This document shows positions 1 through 7,828 of a stretch of 64,000 nt of DNA, piece by piece. Under the pieces are notes generated by a model that was not told the origin of the DNA, ran no database searches, and worked only from the letters and a program-made list of their open reading frames with translations. The DNA is from Chloroflexota bacterium. GTDB lineage: Bacteria > Chloroflexota > Dehalococcoidia > FW602-bin16. Position 1 is the first letter of the stretch, and every line of letters starts with the position of its first letter. Location: the NCBI GenBank assembly GCA_004297765.1, contig SCTZ01000023.1, positions 2,130 to 66,129 on the forward strand, read 5' to 3'. The position numbers and the translations under genes are program-made.

Positions 1-1
1 C

Positions 2-1252
2 TTCCGCGGCTTTCACGCGCTCCTGGCGACCCTGTCCGTAGCGTGCCTTGCCCTGATCTGGCAGGGCGATCGAGATGTCGAGGCCCAGACCGTGAGCAGC
101 GTCAGCGGCACCGTCTGGTTCGACGACAATGCCAACGGCATCCTCGATCCTGGCGAGTTGCGTGCGGCCGGTCTGACGGTGACGGCGGCCTACGTTTCGC
201 CGAGCACGACCATGACCCAGGCCGTCACAGACGGGAGCGGCACCTTCACCCTCGCTCTTCCTCCCGGCACCTACACCCTCTCCGCCGGAGCCTCGCAGAA
301 GCCAGGCGCCAGCCTACCAGGCGGAGCCAAGTACCTCGGCACGTCGCAGGTGATGGTCACGACAGGGGGCACGGTAGCGAACCTCGGACTGCAGCCCAAA
401 GGGCAGGACCTAACGGTCAAGATCGAGGTCGTCTGGCCGCATGGACTGGCGGGTGAGCCGCAGCCGGTTAGTCAGGCTCCCCTGGCCAACGTAGCGGCCA
501 TGATCTTCCAGGGAAACAGTCGCCTATCGGTCTCCTGCGAGTTCTCGGCCACCGTGCGGCTCTGGCAGGGACTAAACACGGACGCCGCGCGCGCAGCGGC
601 AGTCGGCACTCGGCGCACCGTGACAGAAGGGGATAAGACATATCCTATCTGGGAGTTTCAGGACGTCGACGTGTCCGCCACGCGTGATCCGCTCAACAAG
701 TACTATTTCTTCGCCACAGTGGAGGGCGGCGGGAGCTTCCCTTATCAGTCATCCACCAACGTCTGGGCCCACGCGGCCGACGCGCGGACCTACTTCCCGA
801 CTGCCGATCGGCCCACCTCTACGAGCGCCACGCCCGGCGCGCTGGACTCGCGCATCCAGGTGGTCTGGCCCCACGACCGGCTGGGGAACAGCGTCCCCAT
901 CACCCAGTCCCAATACGTCAACATCACGGCCAGCTTCTTCCAGCACGGCACGCTTATCTCCATCCCACCCGGCTGGGGACCGAACGTCCACCTTTATCAA
1001 TCCCTCAACAGCGACGCCGGCGTCCTAGTCACCCGGGGCATCAAGCGCACCGTGACAGTGGGCGATCTGACCTATCCCGTGTGGGACTTCAACGACGTCC
1101 CCGTCGACCAGGCTATGAATCCAAACAGCAAGTACTTCTTCGCCGTTCTGGCCGACGGCGTGCCCACCTATCCCGCCATCTGGACCCACGGCGCCGACGG
1201 ACGGACCTACTTTCCAAGCAAGGACGTGCCGGAGAACAGTTGCGGGTCCTGA
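2..1252 (+). CDS. Secreted protein (5'-partial): SdrD-B/carboxypeptidase-regulatory-like domain plus two tandem ~130-aa uncharacterised domains
   Basis: The frame is open from base 2 and reads FRGFHALLATLSVACLALIWQGDRDVEA-QT, which resembles a signal peptide. SGTVWFDDNANGILDPGE is an SdrD-B-like motif. Two repeats share VVWPH...W.F.DV.V...KY.F...W.H.AD.RTYFP. Confidence 0.8.
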   Translation, partial: FRGFHALLATLSVACLALIWQGDRDVEAQTVSSVSGTVWFDDNANGILDPGELRAAGLTVTAAYVSPSTTMTQAVTDGSGTFTLALPPGTYTLSAGASQKPGASLPGGAKYLGTSQVMVTTGGTVANLGLQPKGQDLTVKIEVVWPHGLAGEPQPVSQAPLANVAAMIFQGNSRLSVSCEFSATVRLWQGLNTDAARAAAVGTRRTVTEGDKTYPIWEFQDVDVSATRDPLNKYYFFATVEGGGSFPYQSSTNVWAHAADARTYFPTADRPTSTSATPGALDSRIQVVWPHDRLGNSVPITQSQYVNITASFFQHGTLISIPPGWGPNVHLYQSLNSDAGVLVTRGIKRTVTVGDLTYPVWDFNDVPVDQAMNPNSKYFFAVLADGVPTYPAIWTHGADGRTYFPSKDVPENSCGS

Positions 1253-1311
1253 GAAGCGGACGGTCCCCCGAGAATAGTGTAGCCGCCTGGTAGCATGGCT
1301 TGCGAAGACTA

Positions 1312-1340
1312 TTGACAAACGTCACGCGTTGTGATATATT
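1312..1340 (+). promoter_or_regulatory. Sigma70-type promoter with extended -10
   Basis: TTGACA (1312-1317), 17 bp, then TATATT (1335-1340), with TG at 1332-1333. Confidence 0.7.
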
Positions 1341-1347
1341 GATAATA

Positions 1348-1484
1348 AGCCCCGAGAGGTTGAGCAGCGTACGTCTGACGGCGCCGCGGGAGGGCTCCAG
1401 TTGCGAGGACGCCCGTCCTCGTCGAGCGAGGAGCCACGCAGGACGCCAGGATGCGCAGCAGGATCACTCGGGGCTGTTCCTTTT
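1348..1484 (+). ncRNA. Candidate ~130-nt rod-shaped non-coding RNA (6S-like architecture, family unassigned)
   Basis: It starts ~7 nt after the -10. AGCCCCGAG (1348-1356) pairs with CTCGGGGCT (1467-1475). Nested stems are GGCGCC/GGACGCC, GGCTCC/GGAGCC and CGAGGACG/CGTCCTCG. It ends in CCTTTT, and no plausible + strand CDS follows. Confidence 0.55.
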
Positions 1485-1500
1485 GTCCATCAGATGTCCT

Positions 1501-1710
1501 CTAGGCCGCCACGGCGCGCTTGAAGAAGAGGAAAATAGTCGACGTGACGCCCTGGGCGCCGACTAGCGTTTGGACCGTGATCAACTCCCATCGGCTGCTG
1601 GCGGCATCGCGCAGAACCTCGCGGATGACCTTCTCAATCTCCAGCGGCTTTAGACCACTCATGCCAATGTGAATCGGATAGACGGTATGCTCCCACCTCT
1701 GCTGCTGCAT
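1501..1710 (-). CDS. Small DUF4177-like protein
   Basis: 69 aa with the pattern WEH.V...L...ASSRWELI.V......FLFFKR and a GGAGG RBS upstream of the ATG. Confidence 0.7.
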   Translation of the reverse strand: MQQQRWEHTVYPIHIGMSGLKPLEIEKVIREVLRDAASSRWELITVQTLVGAQGVTSTIFLFFKRAVAA

Positions 1711-1865
1711 CCCAGCCTCCTCTCGATGTCCGACCTCGGGTCAGCCCGCTGAGCGCGGACTTTTGCCTCACTAATACATATCGATCAGAACCCGCTCAGC
1801 GCATAGGGGCCGGGACGATTTCGATAACGCGACCCACCGGTTCATCCACCAAGTCCTTATGTCTT

Positions 1866-1935
1866 CCGTAGGGGCGCAATTCATTGCGCCCGGCGGGGAA
1901 GAGGGACGCTGGGTGTGATAAATCACACCCCTACG
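1866..1935. repeat. GTAG-type REP doublet (REPIN-like)
   Basis: CGTAGGGGCGCAATTCATTGCGCCC ... GGGTGTGATAAATCACACCCCTACG: two GTAG-footed hairpins in inverted orientation. Confidence 0.8.
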
Positions 1936-1964
1936 AAACCGAAGACGATTTGGCGGATGCACCG

Positions 1965-2960
1965 CTACGCTTGCGTGCCGAACTTGGATGGGTTTTCCAG
2001 GTAGCTCTTGATCGTCCGGAGGAACTTCGCGGCCGGGGCACCGTCGACAACGCGATGGTCGAATGACAGGCTCAAATATACGGTTGTCACCTCCCGCACC
2101 TCGCGCTCGACAAGGGCCAATCGCTTGTTCAAGCGGCCTATGCCCAGGATGGCAACCTGAGGAGGGTTCACGATGGGAGTGAAGATATCGATTCCGTACA
2201 TCCCGATGGCCGATATGGTGAAAGTGCCATACGCTACGTCGTCCAGAGTCAGACGGCCGGCGCGTGCACGCTCCACGAGATCAGATGTGGTCCGGGCGAT
2301 CTCGGCCAGGTTCTTCTGGTCCGCGTTCCGCACCACCGGCACCATCAGCGCATCCGGAGTGTCCACGGCCAGACCCACGTTGATCTGGTCCAGAAGGTGG
2401 ATCTCCTGGTCCCGCACCGTCGAGTTCAGCACAGGATGTTCGCGCAGGGCCATGGCCGTGGCTTTCACGATAACGTCGTTGTGGCTGACCCGCACACCGG
2501 CCTGGGCCAGTTCTCCACGCAGGCGAGCCGTCCCCGCCATCTCAACCTCGAGGGTGATTGTCAGCTGAGCCATGCTACACAGGCTCTCCAGCATGCGCTG
2601 GGCCACGACGCCGCGTTTTCCGCGTAGGGGGATGATCCGAGTTGTCCCCGGCCCGCCCTCCGCGCCGGAGCGACGCTGGCGCTCGTCGACGGCGCGCACC
2701 ACCCTGGCTGGCGGCATCTCCTCCCCCTCTTCCAGCAGCCACCCCACCGTTCCGCCTACCGGAATCGCGCTGCCCTCGGGGACCACGCGGCGCAGTCGGC
2801 CGGACTCGGTGGACTGCACCTCGAAGCTGATCTTCTCGGTCTCCACCACGTACAGCGGCTCGCCCGCGGCGACAAGCTCGTCGTCCGCCTTCAGCCACTG
2901 TGCGATCGTCCCAGCCGTCATGATATCGCCCAACAAGGGCAGCAAGATCTCTTTTGCCAT
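1965..2960 (-). CDS. 2-oxoacid/acetoin dehydrogenase E2 (dihydrolipoamide acyltransferase), one lipoyl domain
   Basis: Lipoyl motif ETEKISFEV, then FTPIVNPPQVAIL and catalytic DHRVVDGA. The start was moved to MAKEILLP because the longer ORF runs into a REP. Confidence 0.9.
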   Translation of the reverse strand: MAKEILLPLLGDIMTAGTIAQWLKADDELVAAGEPLYVVETEKISFEVQSTESGRLRRVVPEGSAIPVGGTVGWLLEEGEEMPPARVVRAVDERQRRSGAEGGPGTTRIIPLRGKRGVVAQRMLESLCSMAQLTITLEVEMAGTARLRGELAQAGVRVSHNDVIVKATAMALREHPVLNSTVRDQEIHLLDQINVGLAVDTPDALMVPVVRNADQKNLAEIARTTSDLVERARAGRLTLDDVAYGTFTISAIGMYGIDIFTPIVNPPQVAILGIGRLNKRLALVEREVREVTTVYLSLSFDHRVVDGAPAAKFLRTIKSYLENPSKFGTQA

Positions 2961-3010
2961 CACACCTGTCCCAAAAGGTTTACGGTGCATCCGGCAAGTC
3001 ATCCGCCAAT

Positions 3011-3080
3011 CCGTAGGGGCGTGATTCATCACGCCCAGCGCTCCCTCCCCCAACGGGCGCAATCAATTGCGCCCCTACGG
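3011..3080. repeat. GTAG-type REP doublet, inverted copy of 1866-1935
   Basis: The reverse complement reads CCGTAGGGGCGCAATTGATTGCGCCC...GGGCGTGATGAATCACGCCCCTACGG. Confidence 0.8.
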
Positions 3081-3217
3081 ACCGCGGTGAACCTGGTGGA
3101 TGCACCACTTTGCGTCACAGTCATCCAGGGCATAGAAGCCAGAGGAACCAAGCTCGAAGTGGCAACCATGCTACTATCGCAGCAGAAGGTTGTCAACCGG
3201 ACAAGGCGTCGAACAGG

Positions 3218-3325
3218 GCATCTACATACTTACCCTCACCTTGGGGCAACTCCGCACCCTTGATTTCCGTGCAAGGATACATACTTTCCTGGATGCGCCC
3301 ATCCACGCCATCGGGCTACAATGCA
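3218..3325 (+). promoter_or_regulatory. Putative LuxR/LAL-activated promoter, copy 1
   Basis: TACATACTTACCCTCA (3223), TACATACTTTCCTGGATG (3278) and TACAAT (3317). The same three blocks recur at exactly +4419 bp. Confidence 0.7.
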
Positions 3326-3397
3326 CCCAGCGGGGGCATTCGGGGGTCCCATCGGACCTCCGAAGCTGAAACCAATTCGGCAGGCGGAGACGCTGAC

Positions 3398-4201
3398 ATG
3401 GATCAATTGACGCGCGATGGCGTGACTCTGTTCTATCAGGACGTCGGCAAGGGTGCCCCACCTCTCCTATTGGTCCACGGACTGGGGGGCGACCACACCT
3501 GCCTCGCTCCCCAGTTGGAGCATTTCCGCCGCCACCATCGCGTGGTGGCCGTGGACCTGCGCGGGCACGGTCAGAGCGACAAGCCTCGGCAGGATTACAC
3601 CATCGCCGGCTACGCCGACGATCTGGTCTGGCTCTGCTACGAGCTGGGAGTCTATCGGCCCGTAGTCGTGGGGCACGGATTGGGCGGCATGGTAGCCCTG
3701 GCTACGGCCGCCAGCCATCCCGACCTGCCGGCCGGCGTCGTGATGCTTGACAGTCCGATCCTCCCACCGGGCGGGACAATCACCGTCCGACGATCCCTTT
3801 CCGAAGAGAAGAGGGGCGTGCGGGATTTCTGGGACGCGCTGGCGCAGGACGGAGAGCCATCCAGTCACTCATGCAATGAGTCGACCCAGCAAGAGGCACT
3901 ACCAAGCACACAGGCGCTTTCGCCTGAATACGTGAAGGAATCCGTTCAGCAACAGGTCGCGTTCTGGGACGGCGTCGCGGCCGTGGCGGCTTGCAAGCTA
4001 CCACTGCTCTACATCGATGCCGGGACGCCCAACGCCGACCTATCCCTCCTGCAGTCGATCTGCCCGCGGCTAGTGATCGGTCGAACGGTGTGCACCGGGC
4101 ACTTTCTCCAACTGGAGGCACCTGAGCAAGTCAACGCTATGATCGACCGATTTCTCTCGGTCATGGTGTCACAGGAGGTCAGCGCCGTTTGGAACGCGTG
4201 A
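3398..4201 (+). CDS. Alpha/beta-fold hydrolase homologue with Gly at the nucleophile position
   Basis: LLLVHGLGG, VDLRGHGQS, VVGHGLGG (GHSxGG expected) and GHFLQLEAPEQV. A GGAG RBS precedes ATG 3398. Confidence 0.85.
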   Translation: MDQLTRDGVTLFYQDVGKGAPPLLLVHGLGGDHTCLAPQLEHFRRHHRVVAVDLRGHGQSDKPRQDYTIAGYADDLVWLCYELGVYRPVVVGHGLGGMVALATAASHPDLPAGVVMLDSPILPPGGTITVRRSLSEEKRGVRDFWDALAQDGEPSSHSCNESTQQEALPSTQALSPEYVKESVQQQVAFWDGVAAVAACKLPLLYIDAGTPNADLSLLQSICPRLVIGRTVCTGHFLQLEAPEQVNAMIDRFLSVMVSQEVSAVWNA

Positions 4202-4220
4202 TGCACATTGTGGGAGATTC

Positions 4221-4272
4221 CTCCTGAGAACGCGGGCGTCCTTCCGGGGAAGGACGCCCGCGTTCTCAGGAG
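4221..4272. repeat. Perfect palindrome (25-bp arms), REP-like
   Basis: CTCCTGAGAACGCGGGCGTCCTTCC-GG-GGAAGGACGCCCGCGTTCTCAGGAG. Confidence 0.85.
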
Positions 4273-4354
4273 AGGCTCACGTACGCCATTACAAGGTAAT
4301 GCGCATCACACGTTTGGAGACGGCGGCGGTCGTGCAACCGGCCCGGACGCGCCC

Positions 4355-4387
4355 AGACCGCCGCGGTTTCGGAAACCGCGGCGGTCT
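4355..4387. repeat. AGACCGCCGCGG-stem palindrome
   Basis: AGACCGCCGCGGTTTC-G-GAAACCGCGGCGGTCT. The same stem occurs at 9706 and 39791. Confidence 0.85.
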
Positions 4388-4434
4388 CGCCACGAGAAAG
4401 CCCTACGCGATCCTCCACAGAACCCTCTTTCCTC

Positions 4435-4482
4435 TTGACGCCAGAGCGTACAAGTGCTACCATACTTGTACTCAAGGTACAA
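4435..4482 (+). promoter_or_regulatory. Sigma70-type promoter overlapped by GTACAA operator half-sites
   Basis: TTGACG-N17-TACCAT (4435-4463), overlapped by GTACAAGT-N8-ACTTGTAC (4448-4471) and TTGTAC-N5-GTACAA (4466-4482). Confidence 0.6.
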
Positions 4483-4489
4483 AGCAGCC

Positions 4490-4574
4490 AAATCCCAACT
4501 GGATACCGTTCTGGTCGACACGCTTATGAGAGGCAGTGTTCGGGACGGTGGAAGGGCTTGGGATTTTTTGTTTT
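4490..4574 (+). terminator. Long structured leader/attenuator or sRNA ending in a U-tract
   Basis: Outer stem AAATCCCAA/TTGGGATTT, inner stems ACCGTTCTG/CGGGACGGT and ACAC/GTGT, followed by TTTTTTGTTTT. Confidence 0.5.
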
Positions 4575-4625
4575 CGGGTCACGTGGTCGCTCCGCTTCCT
4601 ATCTTTCCCGAGGGAGCCATAGGCC

Positions 4626-7600
4626 ATGCGAGACGATCTCAGCCCCCATAGTCTGCTCTCGACCTCAAGCGCCGTCTTCGTCGGGCGACAGCGCGAGATG
4701 GCCCTGCTCCAGACCCACCTGGAGTCCGCCTCCTCGGGTCAGGGCTGCCTCGCCATGCTGGTCGGCGAGGCCGGCATCGGCAAGACGCGCGCCGCCCGAG
4801 AGTTCGCGGGATCGGCACGCCAGCAGGGCGTCATGGTGCTCTCCGGCTCCTCCCTCGAAGGCGACTGGCAGCCGCCCTACGGACCCTGGGTTGAAGCCCT
4901 CGGCGAGTACGCCCGCACCACCGATCCCGACCTTCTCCGTCGCCAGATCGGCCCCGGGCTCGCACCGCTGGCCCAGTTGGTCCCCGCCCTCCGCGCGGCT
5001 GTGCCAGACGTGCCTCCGCCCGCATTGCTCAGCCCCGACGAGGAGCGGTTGCGCCTCTTCGACGCCGTGATTCAGTTGCTTCTGACCCTATCCCAGCGCC
5101 AGCCCGTCCTCCTGGTGCTGGACGACCTGCACTGGGCCGACCGCGACTCCCTGCGACTCCTGCGCCATGTGGCCCGCTTCGCCGACCGGGCCCGCCTTTT
5201 GATCCTGGGCGTTTATCGCGAGCCCGAGCCCGGACTCCAGCCGGGGCACCCTCTGGTGGATCTGCTGGGCATGCTCCGGCGGGAGACGGACTACCACCAG
5301 ATGGCGCTGACCGGGCTTTCCTCCGAGGAGATGGCCGAGTATCTTGCCGCATCGGCGGGACAGTCTCTACCCCAGGCTCTGATCCGGACCATGTACAACA
5401 CCACCAACGGCAACCCTTTCTACGTACGTGAGGTCTTCCGCCATCTGGTGGAGGAGGGCAAGCTCCTCTACCGGGACGGACGATGGGCAACGGACGTAAG
5501 CCTGGGCGAGCTGGGCATCCCCGATGGAGTGCGCCATGTCCTGGCCCACCGCCTGGCGCACATCAGCGACCCGACCGGGACTATGCTGCGCGTGGCCGCA
5601 GGCTTCACCGGCCCCTTTGGCTTGTCGATCCTCCAGGCCCTCACCGCGCTCCCAGAAGAAGCGCTGCTCGACTGCATCGACGAGGCCCTTCAGTCCGGGC
5701 TCTTGCGGGTGGCAGACGGCATCTCCCCCAAGTACGAATTCGCCCATGCCATCGTGCGGCAGACGATCTACGAGGAATTGAACCCCGACCGTCGAACACG
5801 GCTGCACCGTCAGATCGCGCGGGCTCTGGTGGAAGTGTACGCCGGGCGTGAGGAGGCGCACGCGGCAGAGCTGGCGGCCCAGTACCATGCCTCGCTCAGC
5901 CTGGCGGAAGCTGGCACGGGCGTGCGCTGGGCCCTGGAGGCGGCAGAGCAGGCGAGTATCCAGTTCGCACACGAGGGGACCGTGCGGTTCCTGCGGATGG
6001 CCCGCGACCTGGCCGGGCAAAGCGAGCCGGGCGTGAAGGCAGATGTCTTGTGCAGGCTGGCTCTGGCCGAGGCAGAGGCGTTGCTCCTGGAGGAGGCCTC
6101 GCGCACGGTCGGCGAGGCGCTGGCCGCACTCTCCACGGCGGACGCCTACCCGCGCCAGCGAGTGGAGTTCCTGACAACCGTCGCCCGACTGCTGAAGGAC
6201 AGCGGCGCCCCCCCGGCGGTCTGGGAGCCGTTGATGGAGGAAGGGCTGAGGTTGGTTCGGGAGCAGCGCGATCTGCCGTGGGCGCGCCTGGAGTTGTTGC
6301 GAGACCGCATCGAGCTGGTACCCAGCGGTCCGATTCGGGTGGCGCGCTGGCTGGGGCTGGACCCGGAGGCGGTGGCTATCGCACGGGCCGAGGGAGACGA
6401 AGAGGACTATGTGCGGACTTTGTACCCATACGCCACGCGGTCGCGGCAGGAGACGGAAGACATTCTCGCCCTGGCGCGAACGTGGCATCAGCCCGCCGCC
6501 ATTCTACGGTCCCTGCAGCTGGCAGGCTGGGATCTGTATACCCAGCACGGGGCCTACCGAGAGTCAGCAGCCTGCTATGACGAGCTGCTGACCCTGAGCG
6601 AGCGCTACGGATCACTCGTCGGTCAGGCGGAGGCACTGTACATTCTGGCCCTGACGCACGTGCAGGCGGGGGAGTTCTCTGCTGCGCAGCAGACCCTACA
6701 GCGCGCACGGGAGAGGATCGCACGCGTCGGACCGGCCCACCCGCTGCTCTCCGTGTATGAGGCTTCATTGGTCATTCCCTTGACCTACTACCTGGACTGG
6801 GACTGGCAGCCAATAGCCGACATGGCGCGCACCGTGATTGGCTCCGACCTGCTGGGACCCAGGCGTGGGCTGTGGATGCTCGCGATGACTGCCTTCATCT
6901 GCGCCCGGGCCGGCAACAGAGAGGAATCCCGTCAGTTCCTGGGCGAGCTGACTCCGCTTGCCGAGCGGGAGAGCCCGACCGCCTTCGACCAGAACTCCCT
7001 CGTGAACATGGCCGCGACGGCGGTCTGGGATCTCCAGGCCGTCGATCTAGCCGCGACCTGTCGCCGCCTGGCCCTGGATCTGATTGCGGTCAATCCAGGC
7101 CCTGGACCGTCGGGACCGATCGAGCTCGACGTCGCCCACATGGCGGCGCTGCTGGGCGACGCGGCCGAGGCCGAAGAGTACTTCGCCCGCGCGCGCGTCG
7201 AGACCGAGCGGATCGGGCAACGGCACGTGCGGGGCATCGTCGACTACGACGAAGCGCTGTTTCTGATTCGCGCCGACTCGCCCGACCACGGCCGTATCGC
7301 GGCCCTTCTGGACGCCGCCCTGGCCCGGTTCCGCGAGCTGGGCATGGAGGGTTGGGCAGCGCGAGCGCAGTCCCTCCAGGAGAAGCTGTCCCCACCACTC
7401 CCCTCCAGTTCCGCCGAGCGGCAGATGTACCCCGATGGTCTGACCGAGCGGCAAGTGGCTATCCTGCGACTGCTGGCCTTCGGCAAGAGCAACCGGGAGA
7501 TCGCCGCCGAGCTGGTCCTCAGCGTGGCCACCGTGGAGCGACACGTCGCCAACATCTACGCCAAGCTCGGCGTCCGAGGACGCGCCGAGGCCACCGCCCA

Positions 7601-7637
7601 CGCCCTGCGCCGCGGACTCGTGGAGCCGACCTCCTAG
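4626..7637 (+). CDS. LAL-type transcriptional regulator (AAA/STAND ATPase, TPR-like region, C-terminal LuxR HTH)
   Basis: FVGRQRE, Walker A GEAGIGKT, Walker B LLVLDDLHWAD, GNPFY, and the HTH LTERQVAILRLLAFGKSNREIA...TVERHVANIYAKLG. Confidence 0.95.
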   Translation: MRDDLSPHSLLSTSSAVFVGRQREMALLQTHLESASSGQGCLAMLVGEAGIGKTRAAREFAGSARQQGVMVLSGSSLEGDWQPPYGPWVEALGEYARTTDPDLLRRQIGPGLAPLAQLVPALRAAVPDVPPPALLSPDEERLRLFDAVIQLLLTLSQRQPVLLVLDDLHWADRDSLRLLRHVARFADRARLLILGVYREPEPGLQPGHPLVDLLGMLRRETDYHQMALTGLSSEEMAEYLAASAGQSLPQALIRTMYNTTNGNPFYVREVFRHLVEEGKLLYRDGRWATDVSLGELGIPDGVRHVLAHRLAHISDPTGTMLRVAAGFTGPFGLSILQALTALPEEALLDCIDEALQSGLLRVADGISPKYEFAHAIVRQTIYEELNPDRRTRLHRQIARALVEVYAGREEAHAAELAAQYHASLSLAEAGTGVRWALEAAEQASIQFAHEGTVRFLRMARDLAGQSEPGVKADVLCRLALAEAEALLLEEASRTVGEALAALSTADAYPRQRVEFLTTVARLLKDSGAPPAVWEPLMEEGLRLVREQRDLPWARLELLRDRIELVPSGPIRVARWLGLDPEAVAIARAEGDEEDYVRTLYPYATRSRQETEDILALARTWHQPAAILRSLQLAGWDLYTQHGAYRESAACYDELLTLSERYGSLVGQAEALYILALTHVQAGEFSAAQQTLQRARERIARVGPAHPLLSVYEASLVIPLTYYLDWDWQPIADMARTVIGSDLLGPRRGLWMLAMTAFICARAGNREESRQFLGELTPLAERESPTAFDQNSLVNMAATAVWDLQAVDLAATCRRLALDLIAVNPGPGPSGPIELDVAHMAALLGDAAEAEEYFARARVETERIGQRHVRGIVDYDEALFLIRADSPDHGRIAALLDAALARFRELGMEGWAARAQSLQEKLSPPLPSSSAERQMYPDGLTERQVAILRLLAFGKSNREIAAELVLSVATVERHVANIYAKLGVRGRAEATAHALRRGLVEPTS

Positions 7638-7744
7638 CATCTACATATTTACCCTCACCTGGGGGCGCTCCCCTATCGTCGTCTCCTCCCACAAGATACA
7701 TACTTTCATGGATGCGCCCAGGGGCACTATCGGCCTACAATGCA
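7637..7744 (+). promoter_or_regulatory. Putative LuxR/LAL-activated promoter, copy 2
   Basis: TACATATTTACCCTCA (7642), TACATACTTTCATGGATG (7697) and TACAAT (7736). It begins immediately after the regulator stop codon. Confidence 0.7.
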
Positions 7745-7828
7745 TACGGTAGCCTTCCGGCACATGCGCGCCGAGTCGCATTGGGGCGCCGTGCGTCGGA
7801 CTGAACCCGAGAACAGGGAGGACAAGCG

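Noticed and set aside
1348-1484. SRP (4.5S) RNA or tRNA identity for the rod-shaped RNA
   Set aside because: CAGG and GCAGC occur but without the GNRA-capped helix between them, and there is no cloverleaf or T-loop.
2961-3397. N-terminal extensions of the E2 ORF (to 3062) and the hydrolase ORF (from 3110)
   Set aside because: They run through a REP doublet and the conserved promoter. Family homology starts at 2960 and 3398.
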